Below are positions 30,096 through 39,888 of a stretch of 44,553 nt of DNA, piece by piece. Below the pieces are notes generated by a model. That model saw only the letters and a list, made by a program, of their open reading frames with translations, ran no database searches and was not told the DNA's origin. The translations under genes were made by a program, and so were the position numbers. Positions within the stretch are counted from its first letter, which is position 1. Every line of letters begins with the position of its first letter. Source of the DNA: Patescibacteria group bacterium (GTDB taxonomy: Bacteria > Patescibacteriota > Patescibacteriia > Patescibacteriales > UBA12465); the NCBI GenBank assembly GCA_027858435.1, contig JAQICS010000015.1:1-44553 (forward strand), given 5' to 3'.

Positions 30096-31040
30096 ATGTC
30101 CACCACAAAAAATAAAAAGAAAATATTATTCATGGGCACTCCAGAGTTTTCCTGCCCCGGTCTTAAATCTTTAATTGAAGAAGATGACTTTGAAGTAGTA
30201 GCTGTTTATACTCAAGCTGATAAAGCAGTTGGCAGAAAACAAGAAATACAAATGCCAGCCGTTAAAAAATTAGCACTAGAAAATAATATCTCCGTTTTTC
30301 AACCACAAAAAATTAAAGATGAGGTAGAAAACATCAAAAAACTTAATCCAGACTTAATTGTAGTTATCGCTTATGGAAAAATAATTCCACAAAGCATTTT
30401 AGATATTCCTAAATATTCCTGTATTAATGTTCATGCTTCCCTTCTTCCTAAATATCGCGGTGCTTCGTGTTTGAATGCTCCCATTATTAACGGTGATAAA
30501 GAAACCGGTATAACTATTATGAAAATGGAAGCTGGGTTAGACACAGGACCAATTTTAAAACAATTTAAAATAGATATTAAAAGTAATGAAAAACTAGAAA
30601 CCCTTCATGATAAATTATCTGACTTGGCTGCTAATAATTTAGTAGAAACTCTTAAAGATTGGATGATGGAAAAAATTGAAGCTCAAGAACAAGACGATAG
30701 TAGGTCAAGCTATGTTTCAATTATAAAAAAAGAAGATGGAAAAATAGACGTAAATAAACCAGCTAATGAGATTGAAAGAATGATTAGAGCTTTTAATCCT
30801 TGGCCAGGAACTTATGCCAATTTAAATGATAAACCACTTAAAATATTAGAAGCAGAAGTAGAAAAAGAAGAAAATAATAAAGAAATAGGTGAGTTTTACT
30901 TGCAAAACAAAGACTTATACCTTAAATGTGGACAAAATTCTCTACATATATTAAAATTGCAATTGCCTGGAAAAAGATCAATGACAACCACTGAGCTTTT
31001 AAACGGCAACAAGGATATTGTCGGCAACATCCTTAAATAA
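30096..31040 (+). CDS. fmt: Methionyl-tRNA formyltransferase
   Basis: FMGTPEF, INVHASLLPKYRGA, GLDTG and RAFNPWPG. Confidence 0.97.
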   Translation: MSTTKNKKKILFMGTPEFSCPGLKSLIEEDDFEVVAVYTQADKAVGRKQEIQMPAVKKLALENNISVFQPQKIKDEVENIKKLNPDLIVVIAYGKIIPQSILDIPKYSCINVHASLLPKYRGASCLNAPIINGDKETGITIMKMEAGLDTGPILKQFKIDIKSNEKLETLHDKLSDLAANNLVETLKDWMMEKIEAQEQDDSRSSYVSIIKKEDGKIDVNKPANEIERMIRAFNPWPGTYANLNDKPLKILEAEVEKEENNKEIGEFYLQNKDLYLKCGQNSLHILKLQLPGKRSMTTTELLNGNKDIVGNILK

Positions 31041-31044
31041 TCAA

Positions 31045-31116
31045 GGTCCCTTCGTCTAATGGTTAGGACATCAGATTCTCATTCTGAAAATAGGGGTTCG
31101 ATTCCCCTAGGGACTA
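31045..31116 (+). tRNA. tRNA-Glu(CTC)
   Basis: GGTCCCT...AGGGACT acceptor stem; TCAGA-TTCTCAT-TCTGA anticodon arm; GGTTCGATTCC T arm. Confidence 0.95.
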
Positions 31117-31122
31117 CGAAGT

Positions 31123-31157
31123 AAAAATAGACTCAATGAATGTTGGGTCTATTTTTA
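31123..31157 (+). terminator. Terminator after tRNA-Glu
   Basis: aaaaatagactcaa...ttgggtctattttt hairpin. Confidence 0.7.
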
Positions 31158-31247
31158 TTAATGTGAGTAATCAAACATATATAAACTAAAAACCATGTGA
31201 TAACATTTTTTTGTTTTTTTAGCTGCTAATTTACTGTTTATATTATG

Positions 31248-31523
31248 CTAAGAAATTTTTTCTATTTCCTTAAAATCAGCCCATTTATAATTAATATGTC
31301 CGTTGCTTATTTTAATATCTCTAATTTTTATTAATCTACAAATATAAAATACTGAATACTTAGCTAGATTTTCAATACCAATATCAATAAAACGGTTAAT
31401 AACGTTCTGAGCACTAGCTCTAGTAAATCCAGTCCATTTCTGAATTACAGGAACATTTATAATCAGCTGACCATAAAGCTTCGGCAAGACTATGACTGCA
31501 CTTTCCGAAGCCCAAGTACCAAG
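31248..31523 (-). pseudogene. Probable remnant of a Fic-type C-terminal winged helix
   Basis: LGTWASESAVIVLPKLYGQLIINVPVIQKWTGFTRASAQNVINRFIDIGI looks like the wHTH tail of Fic proteins; no catalytic domain and no ATG. Confidence 0.45.
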
Positions 31524-31604
31524 TTTTTTCTTAAGAGTTGAAAAAATATTTCTGACCTTAATTATATTTCTATTATACTAAACGTCAAGTAGAAAAAAAG
31601 TGAC

Positions 31605-31634
31605 AAAAAAGCGGACACTTTTATGTCCGCTTTT
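31605..31634 (-). terminator. Terminator of the copA operon
   Basis: aaaagcggaca/tgtccgctttt stem with T tract. Confidence 0.8.
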
Positions 31635-31668
31635 AAAAATACTGCTTATATCGTGTCTGGTTCTTATG

Positions 31669-33903
31669 TTATAACCTCTTTGTCTTAAGAAGTAATGAAT
31701 TTGTAACGACACTTACAGAACTAAGAGCCATTGCTGATCCAGCAATAATAGGAGAAAGCAACCAGCCTGTCCAAAAATAGAATGCTCCGGCAGCAACCGG
31801 AATACCAATAATATTATAGAATAAAGCCCAAAACATATTTTGTTTAATTTTACTCATTGTCATTTTACTTAACTTAATTGCCCGAGAAATATCACGTAGA
31901 TCATTTTTCATTAAAACAATATTACCTGTTTCCATGGCCACATCTGTTCCTGATCCCATGGCAATCCCAATATCAGCCTGAGCTAATGCCGGTGAATCAT
32001 TTATTCCATCCCCAATCATTGCAACTTTACCCTTTTCTTGAAGCTTTTTAACATGGTTAACTTTATCCTCCGGTAACACTTCCGCAAAGAAGTTGGAAAT
32101 TCCAACCTGCTTTACAATCGCTTGTGCCGTTCTTTTATTATCACCAGTTATCATATAAACCTCCACTCCTAGTTTTAACAAACTAGAAACAGCTTCCTTA
32201 GAAGTTTCTCTTAACACATCCGCAACCGCGACAAGTCCAATACAATCATTATCTCTTGCTACTAGCATTACTGTTTTCCCTTCATTTTCTAATTTCTCCA
32301 TCTCCTTTCCTATGTTTTCTTTAGCATTTGTAACTAAAGAGTCTATTTCAATATTATTATCAATCATTAATTTTCTGGTACCTATAATGACTAGTTTATC
32401 ATCAAGTATTCCTCTAACACCTCCTCCAATAACCGCATGGAAATCAGTCACGTCTTGTAGTTTTATGTTTTGTTTTTTAGCTTCGCTTACTATTGCTTGT
32501 GCTAAAGGATGCTCCGATTTCTGTTCCACTGAAGCAATTACTTTAAGAAGCTCATCGCTTTTTATAATTTTCTGATTTTCTGAATCTATCTGTACAAGAT
32601 TTGTTACTTCTGGTTCACCTTTTGTAATAGTCCCCGTTTTATCAAACACAACATAATTAATCTTGTGAGCTATTTCTAAAGAATCAGCTCCTTTAATTAA
32701 TATTCCATTTTGAGCACCCTTACCCGAACCCACCATAATAGCTGTTGGTGTTGCTAGTCCTAAAGCACAAGGACAAGCGATTACTAATACTGCTACTGAC
32801 GTCATAAGGGCGAAAGAGAAACCTTGTCCTAATAGTAAAAACCAAATTAGAAAAGTGGAAACAGCAATAATAATAACTACGGCAACAAAGTAAGCTGACA
32901 CCTGATCGGCAAATCTTTGAATAGGCGCCTTTTTCCCCTGAGCTTCATCAATTAATTTAATAATTTTAGCCAAGGTGGTATTTGCGCCAATTTTAGTCGC
33001 CTTAAAAATAATTGAACCATTTTTATTAATTGTTGCACCGACGACAGGATCATTTATTTTTTTTTCAACTGGCACACTCTCCCCAGTTATCATACTTTCA
33101 TCAACATATGAATGTCCTTCAACAATTTCTCCGTCAACCGGAATGCTTTCACCTGGTTTAACAATAACCATGTCACCTAATTGAACCTCATCAACTGAAA
33201 CTTTTATTTCTTGTCCATTTTTTCGTATGGTTGCTATTTTGGGGCTCAAATCCATTAAAGACCTAATAGCATCGCCTGTTTTTCCTTTAGCAATTGCTTC
33301 AAGAAGTTTTCCTAAAACAACAAGAGTTATTAATATTGCGGATGTCTCAAAGTATTGACCGCCCATTGAATCAGACAAGATACTGTAGACACTAAAGAAA
33401 TAGGCAGCGCTTGTACCAAGTGCTATCAATGTGTCCATATTAGCACTCTTATTCTTCAAGGCAATCCAAGCACCTTGATAAAATTGCCAACCAACTACAA
33501 ATTGAACAGGTGTTGCTAGAAACCAAAGAATGTAATCTGCATAAGGAATTGTTATATTAAGCCACATAAAAACCATGCCCAATATAAAAGCTGGCGTAGC
33601 AAATATTAAACTGATTAAAAGTTTTCTTTTATATTTTTTTATTTCCCCGTGCTGCATGGCAAACTGTTTTTCAAAAGCATTTCCATAATCAGCCAGCTCA
33701 GCACCATAACCCACTTTTGTGATAGTAGAGATTAAATCTTTCGTCTTTAATTTATTATCATCATATTTAATAGACGCTTTATTTGATGATAAATTAACGT
33801 TTGATTTTTTTACTCCGTTCTTTTTTAAAAGAGTTTTATCAATCAAAGTTGAACACGAAGCACAATGCATCCCTGAAATTTGGAGCTCAATTTTTTTAAT
33901 CAT
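31669..33903 (-). CDS. copA: Cu(I)-exporting P1B-type ATPase
   Basis: GMHCASC HMA domain; TGES, CPC, DKTGT, SEHP, GDGIND, YN and MALSS. Confidence 0.95.
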   Translation of the reverse strand: MIKKIELQISGMHCASCSTLIDKTLLKKNGVKKSNVNLSSNKASIKYDDNKLKTKDLISTITKVGYGAELADYGNAFEKQFAMQHGEIKKYKRKLLISLIFATPAFILGMVFMWLNITIPYADYILWFLATPVQFVVGWQFYQGAWIALKNKSANMDTLIALGTSAAYFFSVYSILSDSMGGQYFETSAILITLVVLGKLLEAIAKGKTGDAIRSLMDLSPKIATIRKNGQEIKVSVDEVQLGDMVIVKPGESIPVDGEIVEGHSYVDESMITGESVPVEKKINDPVVGATINKNGSIIFKATKIGANTTLAKIIKLIDEAQGKKAPIQRFADQVSAYFVAVVIIIAVSTFLIWFLLLGQGFSFALMTSVAVLVIACPCALGLATPTAIMVGSGKGAQNGILIKGADSLEIAHKINYVVFDKTGTITKGEPEVTNLVQIDSENQKIIKSDELLKVIASVEQKSEHPLAQAIVSEAKKQNIKLQDVTDFHAVIGGGVRGILDDKLVIIGTRKLMIDNNIEIDSLVTNAKENIGKEMEKLENEGKTVMLVARDNDCIGLVAVADVLRETSKEAVSSLLKLGVEVYMITGDNKRTAQAIVKQVGISNFFAEVLPEDKVNHVKKLQEKGKVAMIGDGINDSPALAQADIGIAMGSGTDVAMETGNIVLMKNDLRDISRAIKLSKMTMSKIKQNMFWALFYNIIGIPVAAGAFYFWTGWLLSPIIAGSAMALSSVSVVTNSLLLKTKRL

Positions 33904-33939
33904 AATTTTATTTCTTTAAACTTCTAAACTTCTTAACTA

Positions 33940-34920
33940 TTATTGTAACATTTCTTCAATTATTTGTTTTAGATTATCATATGAAACTGCCCCTCCTAAA
34001 GGTTTGCCATTGATAAAGTCTCCAGGAGTCCCGCTAACACCAAACTTTACGCCCTCTTGATAATCTGCTTCTACATTATTACTATATTTACCAGATGAGA
34101 CACATGAATCAAACTGGGCAACATCAAGCCCTATATTTTTGGCAAATGTTGAAAGTCTAGTCTCACTAATTGTTTGTTGATTTGTATACACCTCATCTGA
34201 AAACTCCCAAAATTTACCTTGTTCTGCAGCACACTCTGAAGCCTCGGCGGTTTTTCTAGCTAAAGGATGGATACTGTCTAATGGAAAGTGTTTAAAAACC
34301 CAGCTAACATCTTCTGGATATTCAGCAAGTATTTGATTCATAGTCTCATGAAAACGGGCACAATATGGACATTGAAAATCTGAATATTCAACAATTGTTA
34401 TTGGCGCATTTATATTACCTTTTATATTATCATCTTTTGATACGGGTATATCCAGCACATCTCCTTGAGCTGGTGCTTGATTACCAGCCGGGTTATTTGT
34501 TGGTACTACACTATCTTCTTTAGCAACATTATTATTACTTTTTACTATTACTCCTTTTTTTTCACCCTCACTACCCTGATTGATTAATATAAAAATAAGT
34601 ACTAAGACACCAATTCCTATCATAGTTAACATAACAGATAGATAAACACTATTTCCTTTTAATTTTTTATCATCTTTTTTAGTTACATGTTTCTCACTTT
34701 CTTCTTCATAATCCTCCGCGACATAATCACCGGCGCTAGCAATTATTTTTTTAATATTTGCAATACTTGTTTGATCCTCATCAAAAACAACTACCGCCTT
34801 ACCTGTTTCTTTATTAACCTTACTCATGGTAACACCTTTATGATCATTTAACTCATTTTCGATTAAACTAGAGCAGGAACCACAATGAATTCCTTTAATG
34901 TTTAACTTTAATTTTTTCAT
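33940..34920 (-). CDS. HMA domain - TM helix - DsbA-like thioredoxin fusion
   Basis: GIHCGSC; one TM helix; YSDFQCPYC; HFPL; GVSGTP. Confidence 0.88.
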   Translation of the reverse strand: MKKLKLNIKGIHCGSCSSLIENELNDHKGVTMSKVNKETGKAVVVFDEDQTSIANIKKIIASAGDYVAEDYEEESEKHVTKKDDKKLKGNSVYLSVMLTMIGIGVLVLIFILINQGSEGEKKGVIVKSNNNVAKEDSVVPTNNPAGNQAPAQGDVLDIPVSKDDNIKGNINAPITIVEYSDFQCPYCARFHETMNQILAEYPEDVSWVFKHFPLDSIHPLARKTAEASECAAEQGKFWEFSDEVYTNQQTISETRLSTFAKNIGLDVAQFDSCVSSGKYSNNVEADYQEGVKFGVSGTPGDFINGKPLGGAVSYDNLKQIIEEMLQ

Positions 34921-34949
34921 ATATTTATAGTTAGATATTAATTAATGTA

Positions 34950-36713
34950 CTATTGCCCACAACTATCACTCTCACCTCCTCCACAACCGCAACCGGTAGC
35001 ACCCGAGGGGATGACTTCGGTTTCTGAAACTGCTAAAGCTGACAGGGTGCCACTTTGTGCAGATCCGGCTTTCTCATCTACAACTTCGATTGTCCCAGAA
35101 ACCATTCCCATCCAACAACTAAATTTATATATTCCTGGTTGTTCTGGTGTAAACTCTTTCACACTTGTCTTTCCAGGAGTCAGAGCAATTTGCCCATCAA
35201 AAAGACCACGCGACATAACAGCATTTGTACAACCGCTTGTTCCTTTATCTGTGATTTCCCATCTTACTGGTATCCCGGCTCTCACTTTTAGTCTATTTGG
35301 TGTATAACCAGTAGACTTTGCGTCCATTTTTAAAACCTGTATACCATTAACAACTTCTGGTAATCCATCATCTTTAAATTCAATTGCCTGACTTTTATTA
35401 ATTGTCACATCACTTAGACTAGTCCAGCCCAAAACATTTAACTGCGCGTTAATGTTAAATAGAGCAAAGAATAAAACTAACACACCAGCTACTTTCAAAA
35501 AACGATTAGCTAAATGTGGTTTCTTTGAAAATTTTACACTCGATATACCAATGAATAACATAATTGGAAGAGTCCCGAGAGCAAAAAATAGCATTATGAG
35601 CATACCCTGTATCATACTACCAGACGCTAATGCTAGGGTTTGAGCTGTTATAGTAAAACCACAAGGAAGAAAAAAAGTTAAAGCACCCATCACAAACGGC
35701 ATATAACGCCCTTTAAAGTTATCCTCATTTACAGCATAACGAGTAATGAATTTAGGAGCAGAAATTTGAAATTTTTGAAAATATTTTACTCCCAACATTT
35801 GCAAAGCTAAAAATAACATCATTAATGATACCAGTGCTATTAATATAGTATTAGCTGTTAAAGATAACTTAAAAAAACTACCAATCGCACCCAAAATACC
35901 TCCAAACAAAGCATAAGAAACTAATCTTCCAGAATTAAATATTAAATGAGGTTGTAATTTTTTAATACTTTTATCATCTTTTGCATATAGGCTTGACCAC
36001 TGTTTTGACATTGAGAGAATAACCCCACCTACAAGCGCAGCGCAGCTTGAAAGCCCAGCTAATAAACCAAAAACTAAAAACATCGGCAAGGCAGAAGTAG
36101 AATTAACACTAATTAATGCTGATATACCAGTTTTATTAATAAATGAAAAACCAATAATAAGAGCAATAGAAACAGCCACAATTATTAACAGATCATGAAA
36201 CTTTTGTTTGTTTATAATAAGCTCTCCTCTAGCAGTAGTAATTAACTTTTCTTCGTGTTTTTTCTTTGGATTATCTGAAAAAATGTAGTCATCACCTTTA
36301 AATAACTTATTTAACTCTTCAATCTTAGGATAATCCCCGGAATATCTAATTTCAACCTGCCCCTTACCAACGGAGGCATCAACCGATTTCACTTCATCTC
36401 TTTTTATTAGACTTTTTTCAGTAGTTATTTCACATGATGCGCAATGCATTCCTTCTACAAAGTAAACGTGTTTTTTTATCTTAGCACTTTCTCGATTCTC
36501 ATGTAATTTATAATCAAGTCCTAATTTATTTATTTTATCTAGAATCTTTTTTTCACTAATCTCTTCCTCATTAAATTCTACTTCACATTTATTTGTTTCG
36601 AAATCAACATTGACTTTTCTTACTCCAGTTAAAATTTCAATTTCTGCCTCAACTTGGTACTTGTCTTCTTGTTTCTTTTTATTCTGAAGTAAGATGCTTA
36701 AATTTTTTATCAT
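34950..36713 (-). CDS. HMA + DsbD/CcdA-like (TauE/SafE-annotated) membrane domain + cupredoxin protein
   Basis: Degenerate HMA; GMHCASC; GLSSCAALVGG and FFLPCG membrane Cys pair; FSCWMGM cupredoxin motif; CGCGGG tail. Confidence 0.85.
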   Translation of the reverse strand: MIKNLSILLQNKKKQEDKYQVEAEIEILTGVRKVNVDFETNKCEVEFNEEEISEKKILDKINKLGLDYKLHENRESAKIKKHVYFVEGMHCASCEITTEKSLIKRDEVKSVDASVGKGQVEIRYSGDYPKIEELNKLFKGDDYIFSDNPKKKHEEKLITTARGELIINKQKFHDLLIIVAVSIALIIGFSFINKTGISALISVNSTSALPMFLVFGLLAGLSSCAALVGGVILSMSKQWSSLYAKDDKSIKKLQPHLIFNSGRLVSYALFGGILGAIGSFFKLSLTANTILIALVSLMMLFLALQMLGVKYFQKFQISAPKFITRYAVNEDNFKGRYMPFVMGALTFFLPCGFTITAQTLALASGSMIQGMLIMLFFALGTLPIMLFIGISSVKFSKKPHLANRFLKVAGVLVLFFALFNINAQLNVLGWTSLSDVTINKSQAIEFKDDGLPEVVNGIQVLKMDAKSTGYTPNRLKVRAGIPVRWEITDKGTSGCTNAVMSRGLFDGQIALTPGKTSVKEFTPEQPGIYKFSCWMGMVSGTIEVVDEKAGSAQSGTLSALAVSETEVIPSGATGCGCGGGESDSCGQ

Positions 36714-36825
36714 AAATTTATTAATATAAGCTATTACACATAACAGAGGGCTAGTAATAACTATTTTGTTCTCTTATTTTATTTTTAATTACTTTTAAAC
36801 AAACAATACTAAATCAAAAAACACA

Positions 36826-37464
36826 TTAGCAACCAAGCTCACCTTCAATCGGACAAATATCTAAATTATCATTACCTTCCTTTATCTCCATTTTTCCCGG
36901 TTCTGGGCCAGACACCACATATTGATTTACATCAGTTATATCCCATTCGTGTTCATGGTTCCATGAATTCCAATAATATCTCCATTCGTTCCAACCTACT
37001 CCTAAATGTTGAACATAAATACCATGATCAGCTAAAATTTTTCCTATTTTCCTTCCAGTCATACAAGGAATGCTGTAACAATAGATGATAATATCCTTAG
37101 ATTGGTCTAGCTTAGAAAATGCATTAACAATTCTATCTACATCACTATATGCCGAAGTATCGGGATCTTTATAGGCTGGAATGCTTACTGCTCCTACTAT
37201 ATGATCGTTCTCATACTCTTCCTGACTTCTTAAATCAACTAAAATAAAACTATCATCTCCCGCAGCAATACCCTTCCTTATACCATGTGGACTAACATGA
37301 ACAGCCGTTTCAACATCATAAAACTCTTTAATTAATTCCTGTTTTGTTTTAGTTTGGGGCAAATATTTTACCTTATTTTTACTAATAACTAAATAAGTAG
37401 TTAAACTACTGAAAATAACACTAACAATAATGGATAACGTTATAATTTTTAAAAGTTTTGTCAT
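36826..37464 (-). CDS. Membrane-anchored rhodanese-like protein
   Basis: LVDLRSQEEY, HIVGA, IIYCYSIPC and GWNEW. Confidence 0.85.
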   Translation of the reverse strand: MTKLLKIITLSIIVSVIFSSLTTYLVISKNKVKYLPQTKTKQELIKEFYDVETAVHVSPHGIRKGIAAGDDSFILVDLRSQEEYENDHIVGAVSIPAYKDPDTSAYSDVDRIVNAFSKLDQSKDIIIYCYSIPCMTGRKIGKILADHGIYVQHLGVGWNEWRYYWNSWNHEHEWDITDVNQYVVSGPEPGKMEIKEGNDNLDICPIEGELGC

Positions 37465-37517
37465 AGATCGATTATGTTATTATTTAAAATTGTAATTAAA
37501 AAAGTAATTTAAAATGA

Positions 37518-38057
37518 TTAAAATAAGTTAGCTACACTTTCAACCTGTGCAACCTCAATAATTAACTTTTCATTTTCTACTTTTCCGTTTGAACTTATTG
37601 GACCAGGATTACACCCCCCTTTATCAAGCGCTATTCTATCTTTTGAATAGGTAACTCCACAATTATTACATTTAATTAAATCTCCAATCTGAGTAAAGCC
37701 TTTTTTTGCATCATAACAAACTTCACACGCATTGGCGGCAACTCGGTAAGTACCATCAGAGGCTTTAATAACAAAGAAATAAATAGTTTTATTTTTTGTT
37801 TTAGAAAAATAATTAAAATAATGAATATTATTATCATTAACTAAAGATTCATCTATCATAATTTTATTTCCTTCCGCTTTCATTTCTGTACCCCTCTCAC
37901 CAATAAAATTATCCGTAACCTTTTCTTCATTTGCTAAAACTTTGTTGTCTACCCCCACGCTACTACTCTCGCCATCTATCGTTGAGCCAATATTAGAACT
38001 ACACCCGGCAATAAGTAAAGGAAAAACTATTAGCAACCACGCAATCTTTTTTGACAT
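37518..38057 (-). CDS. DUF2318-type Cys-rich (putative Fe-S) lipoprotein
   Basis: Lipobox LIAGC; ACEVC, CNNC and GGCNP motifs. Confidence 0.8.
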   Translation of the reverse strand: MSKKIAWLLIVFPLLIAGCSSNIGSTIDGESSSVGVDNKVLANEEKVTDNFIGERGTEMKAEGNKIMIDESLVNDNNIHYFNYFSKTKNKTIYFFVIKASDGTYRVAANACEVCYDAKKGFTQIGDLIKCNNCGVTYSKDRIALDKGGCNPGPISSNGKVENEKLIIEVAQVESVANLF

Positions 38058-38085
38058 AAATATTTTAATTAATTTTAAAAAATAA

Positions 38086-38128
38086 ACACCCTACTATACA
38101 TTGTAGTAGGGTGTAATAATTTTGTCAA
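38086..38128 (-). promoter_or_regulatory. Promoter and BlaI/CopY-type operator of the copper operon
   Basis: TTGACA (38128-38123)-17-TACAAT (38105-38100), overlapped by the palindrome TACTATA-CAT-TGTAGTA (38092-38108). Confidence 0.8.
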
Positions 38129-38144
38129 CTGTATTTAAAAAAGA

Positions 38145-39233
38145 CTAAAAATTTTGATTCATATTATTATAAAAAGGATACTTCTGCATTTTAATATTAC
38201 AGGACTCTTTTTTAAGTGACTCTTCGTTCCCTTCCATATTACAGAGCTGAGAACTCTCAGACATATTACAATCCTGATGCATACTATTATGATTCATTGC
38301 ACACACACCATTCTCTTGTTCAGCAATGGCTGTATTACTAGTTTGAAAAATAAAAATAAATATAAAAACAATAGCTAACATCACAAAGCTATTTAATAAG
38401 AAATTTGATTTAATAATATTTATTTTAATAACATAATTATCATCTGTAATCTTATTAATTCTTTCTTCAATTATTAAGCCAAAAGAAGCAACAACTAAAT
38501 TACTAGACTGACCAAGACCCTCTCTTAGTCTTAATACTTTGTACATTGCTCTCGCTAGATAAGATTTATTGGCAGAGTTTATAATCGCCCATTCATCAGC
38601 AGAAACTTCAGACAATTTATGGTACTGGTTAGAAAGCGCTTTTATGCCTGGTACAAAGAATAATGTGGTAGAAATAGTTTTAACAATAAACAACTTAATT
38701 GTTTCATTGTGAATTAAGTGGTGTTTTTCATGCAAAAGAACAGCTCTTAATTCCCTCTCACTTAATTTTTTTACTAAAACTGAGGATATACAAATTTTAG
38801 GACTTAAAAATCCATAACAAAAAACTATTGGACTATTATTTCTTGTTTCAAAGATTTTTTCTTCTAGATTTAAAGAAGTCGCCACCTTTCTTATTTTTTT
38901 TGAAATAAATTTCTTTTTGCTTCTAAGATTATTTTTAATAAATACTTTAGTTCTAAAATTTAAACTAATAACTTTAGCAATTACATATACCAAAAAGGCA
39001 AGCACTAGACTAGCGGCCAAAATTAAAAAAATAAACATCCAGGGATGACTACTAAAAGTCCAATGATTAGTACATCCACAAGCAGCTGCTAATTTTTCGC
39101 CCCAGACTGTCATGATGAATGATAGTCTACTTCGAAGTAAGATGTATATAAAGATAAAAACAAACAAAAAAAGAAAACTAATTAAATTAATTTTATAAAA
39201 AATTATATCAGCTTTTCTTCTCAGGTTTGTCAT
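38145..39233 (-). CDS. M56 (BlaR1/MecR1-like) membrane metallopeptidase
   Basis: FCYGFLSPKI, AVLLHEKHH and EVSAD; 2 nt downstream of the BlaI-family gene. Confidence 0.88.
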   Translation of the reverse strand: MTNLRRKADIIFYKINLISFLFLFVFIFIYILLRSRLSFIMTVWGEKLAAACGCTNHWTFSSHPWMFIFLILAASLVLAFLVYVIAKVISLNFRTKVFIKNNLRSKKKFISKKIRKVATSLNLEEKIFETRNNSPIVFCYGFLSPKICISSVLVKKLSERELRAVLLHEKHHLIHNETIKLFIVKTISTTLFFVPGIKALSNQYHKLSEVSADEWAIINSANKSYLARAMYKVLRLREGLGQSSNLVVASFGLIIEERINKITDDNYVIKINIIKSNFLLNSFVMLAIVFIFIFIFQTSNTAIAEQENGVCAMNHNSMHQDCNMSESSQLCNMEGNEESLKKESCNIKMQKYPFYNNMNQNF

Positions 39234-39235
39234 GG

Positions 39236-39622
39236 CTATTTAATGATAGATTTTAGTTTTTTGCGCAATTCAACTGATTTTTTATTATTATTTACTTCCA
39301 TTACATCAATAAAACCGGCAACAGCTACATCTTCACCAAATTTTGCAATCAAATTGTTAATAATTTTCTTTGAAATGGAGGCACTAAAAGTCTTTTGATC
39401 TTGAACGGGGGCATAAATATAGGCATCATTTTTAAACTCTCGTTTTAAAATATTTTTATCATAAAGACGAGACATAACTGTCATAATTGTAGTATATGCT
39501 AACTGCTTTTGACTTTTTATATTGTTTAAAACATCACGTACTGAAGCTTTTCCAAGCTCCCAAACAGTCTCCATCACCTTGTTTTCTAACTCTCCTAAAC
39601 CGTTGATTTCCTTTTTTTTCAT
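39236..39622 (-). CDS. BlaI/MecI/CopY-family repressor
   Basis: LGELENKVMETVW, LAYTTIMTVMSRLYDK and AYIY. Confidence 0.93.
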   Translation of the reverse strand: MKKKEINGLGELENKVMETVWELGKASVRDVLNNIKSQKQLAYTTIMTVMSRLYDKNILKREFKNDAYIYAPVQDQKTFSASISKKIINNLIAKFGEDVAVAGFIDVMEVNNNKKSVELRKKLKSIIK

Positions 39623-39636
39623 ATTTTTATTTTATC

Positions 39637-39678
39637 TACTATACTATGTAGTATACGGTATTCACTATTATATTGCAA
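39637..39678 (-). promoter_or_regulatory. Autoregulated promoter/operator of the blaI-like gene
   Basis: TTGCAA-17-TATACT with the palindrome TACTATA-CTA-TGTAGTA (39637-39653), 15/17 identical to the 38092 site. Confidence 0.78.
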
Positions 39679-39788
39679 GTATGACAAAATGCTTAATTTA
39701 TAAAACCTAAAAACTCTTGCCAAAAAATAATCTTTTGATATTATCAAAATATAAATTATTTGGCTTAATATAAGCCTATGTTTGTTAT

Positions 39789-39882
39789 GCGCCTATAGCT
39801 CATTTAGTAGAGCAACTCCCTTTTAAGGAGACGGTCCCAGGTTCTCATACTAAAAACAGGGATTCGATTCCCCTAGGGACTA
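39789..39882 (+). pseudogene. Chimeric pseudo-tRNA: 5' tRNA-Lys(TTT) fused to 3' tRNA-Glu
   Basis: GCGCCTA-TAGCTCA...GAGC-CTCC-CTTTTAA-GGAG-...CCAGGTTC, then tRNA-Glu sequence from the anticodon loop onward; acceptor stem cannot pair fully. Confidence 0.75.
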
Positions 39883-39888
39883 CGAAGT

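Noticed and set aside
38145-39622. Beta-lactam resistance locus
   Set aside because: No penicillin-binding sensor domain, beta-lactamase or PBP; the operators point to the copper genes.
31128-39841. Prophage or ICE
   Set aside because: No integrase, relaxase, conjugation or virion genes between the repeats.
39789-39882. Functional tRNA-Lys(TTT)
   Set aside because: The 3' T-arm strand and acceptor strand of tRNA-Lys are missing, replaced by tRNA-Glu sequence.
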